Origin: Malacoraja senta
Lineage: Eukaryota
Direction of reading: 5' to 3'
Length of the DNA stretch: 64,000 nt
NCBI GenBank assembly: GCA_038087875.1
Contig: JAXLNO010000600.1
Coordinates: forward strand, 434,001 to 498,000
Positions within the stretch are counted from its first letter, which is position 1. Each line of letters starts with the position of its first letter. The translations under genes were made by a program, and so were the position numbers. Below are positions 63,923-64,000 of the stretch, piece by piece. The notes under the pieces were generated by a model, which was given only the letters and a program-made list of their open reading frames with translations, made no database searches and had not been told where the DNA came from.

Positions 63923-63949
63923 CAAAGATCCTATAGCGGAGGATCTTTG
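63923..63949. mobile_element. 27-bp remnant (fused TIR ends) of the P-like element
   Basis: ctgccgac|CAAAGATCCTATAGCGGAGGATCTTTG|ctgccgac. Confidence 0.88.
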
Positions 63950-64000
63950 CTGCCGACCTCTCTGGCCACCAGCGGTGGGGGGGGGGGGGGTACTCGGGAG

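Noticed and set aside
63599..64000. Probable DNA transposon beginning inside a SINE
   Set aside because: The other end is outside the window, so TIR and TSD cannot be verified.

Overview
Eukaryotic, repeat-saturated genomic DNA. The repeat families (CR1 LINEs with (CTATTGT)n or (TTTCTATG)n tails, V-SINE-like tRNA SINEs, Penelope-derived short repeats) suggest a cartilaginous fish, probably a skate or ray; this is an inference. The only host coding sequence I can identify is three consecutive + strand exons of ABCB6 (29115-29289, 32794-32906, 37555-37649). They encode the Q-loop, ABC signature, Walker B and H-loop of the nucleotide-binding domain. I found no other ABCB6 exon, so the rest of the window is probably intronic. 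Almost all other ORFs in the track are transposon fragments or noise. Mobile elements present: many CR1 and Rex-Babar 3' fragments, two Tc1 relics, a structurally complete DIRS-type tyrosine-recombinase retrotransposon (40107-44878), two Harbinger-like MITEs, two TAG...CTA elements with 7-bp TSDs, a P-like MITE, a non-autonomous Helitron, Vingi fragments, an RTE bipartite element and Deu-SINE remnants. Best observations: (1) a 27-bp P-element-type excision footprint keeping 17 nt of one TIR; (2) DIRS termini and ICR recording integration at an AAT core, plus splice signals that could express its recombinase; (3) many hammerhead-ribozyme-core Penelope tails as short, foldback and tandem forms; (4) inverted CR1 copies bracketing the ABCB6 exons; (5) a speculative antisense exon chain. 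Boundaries of degraded repeats are approximate.
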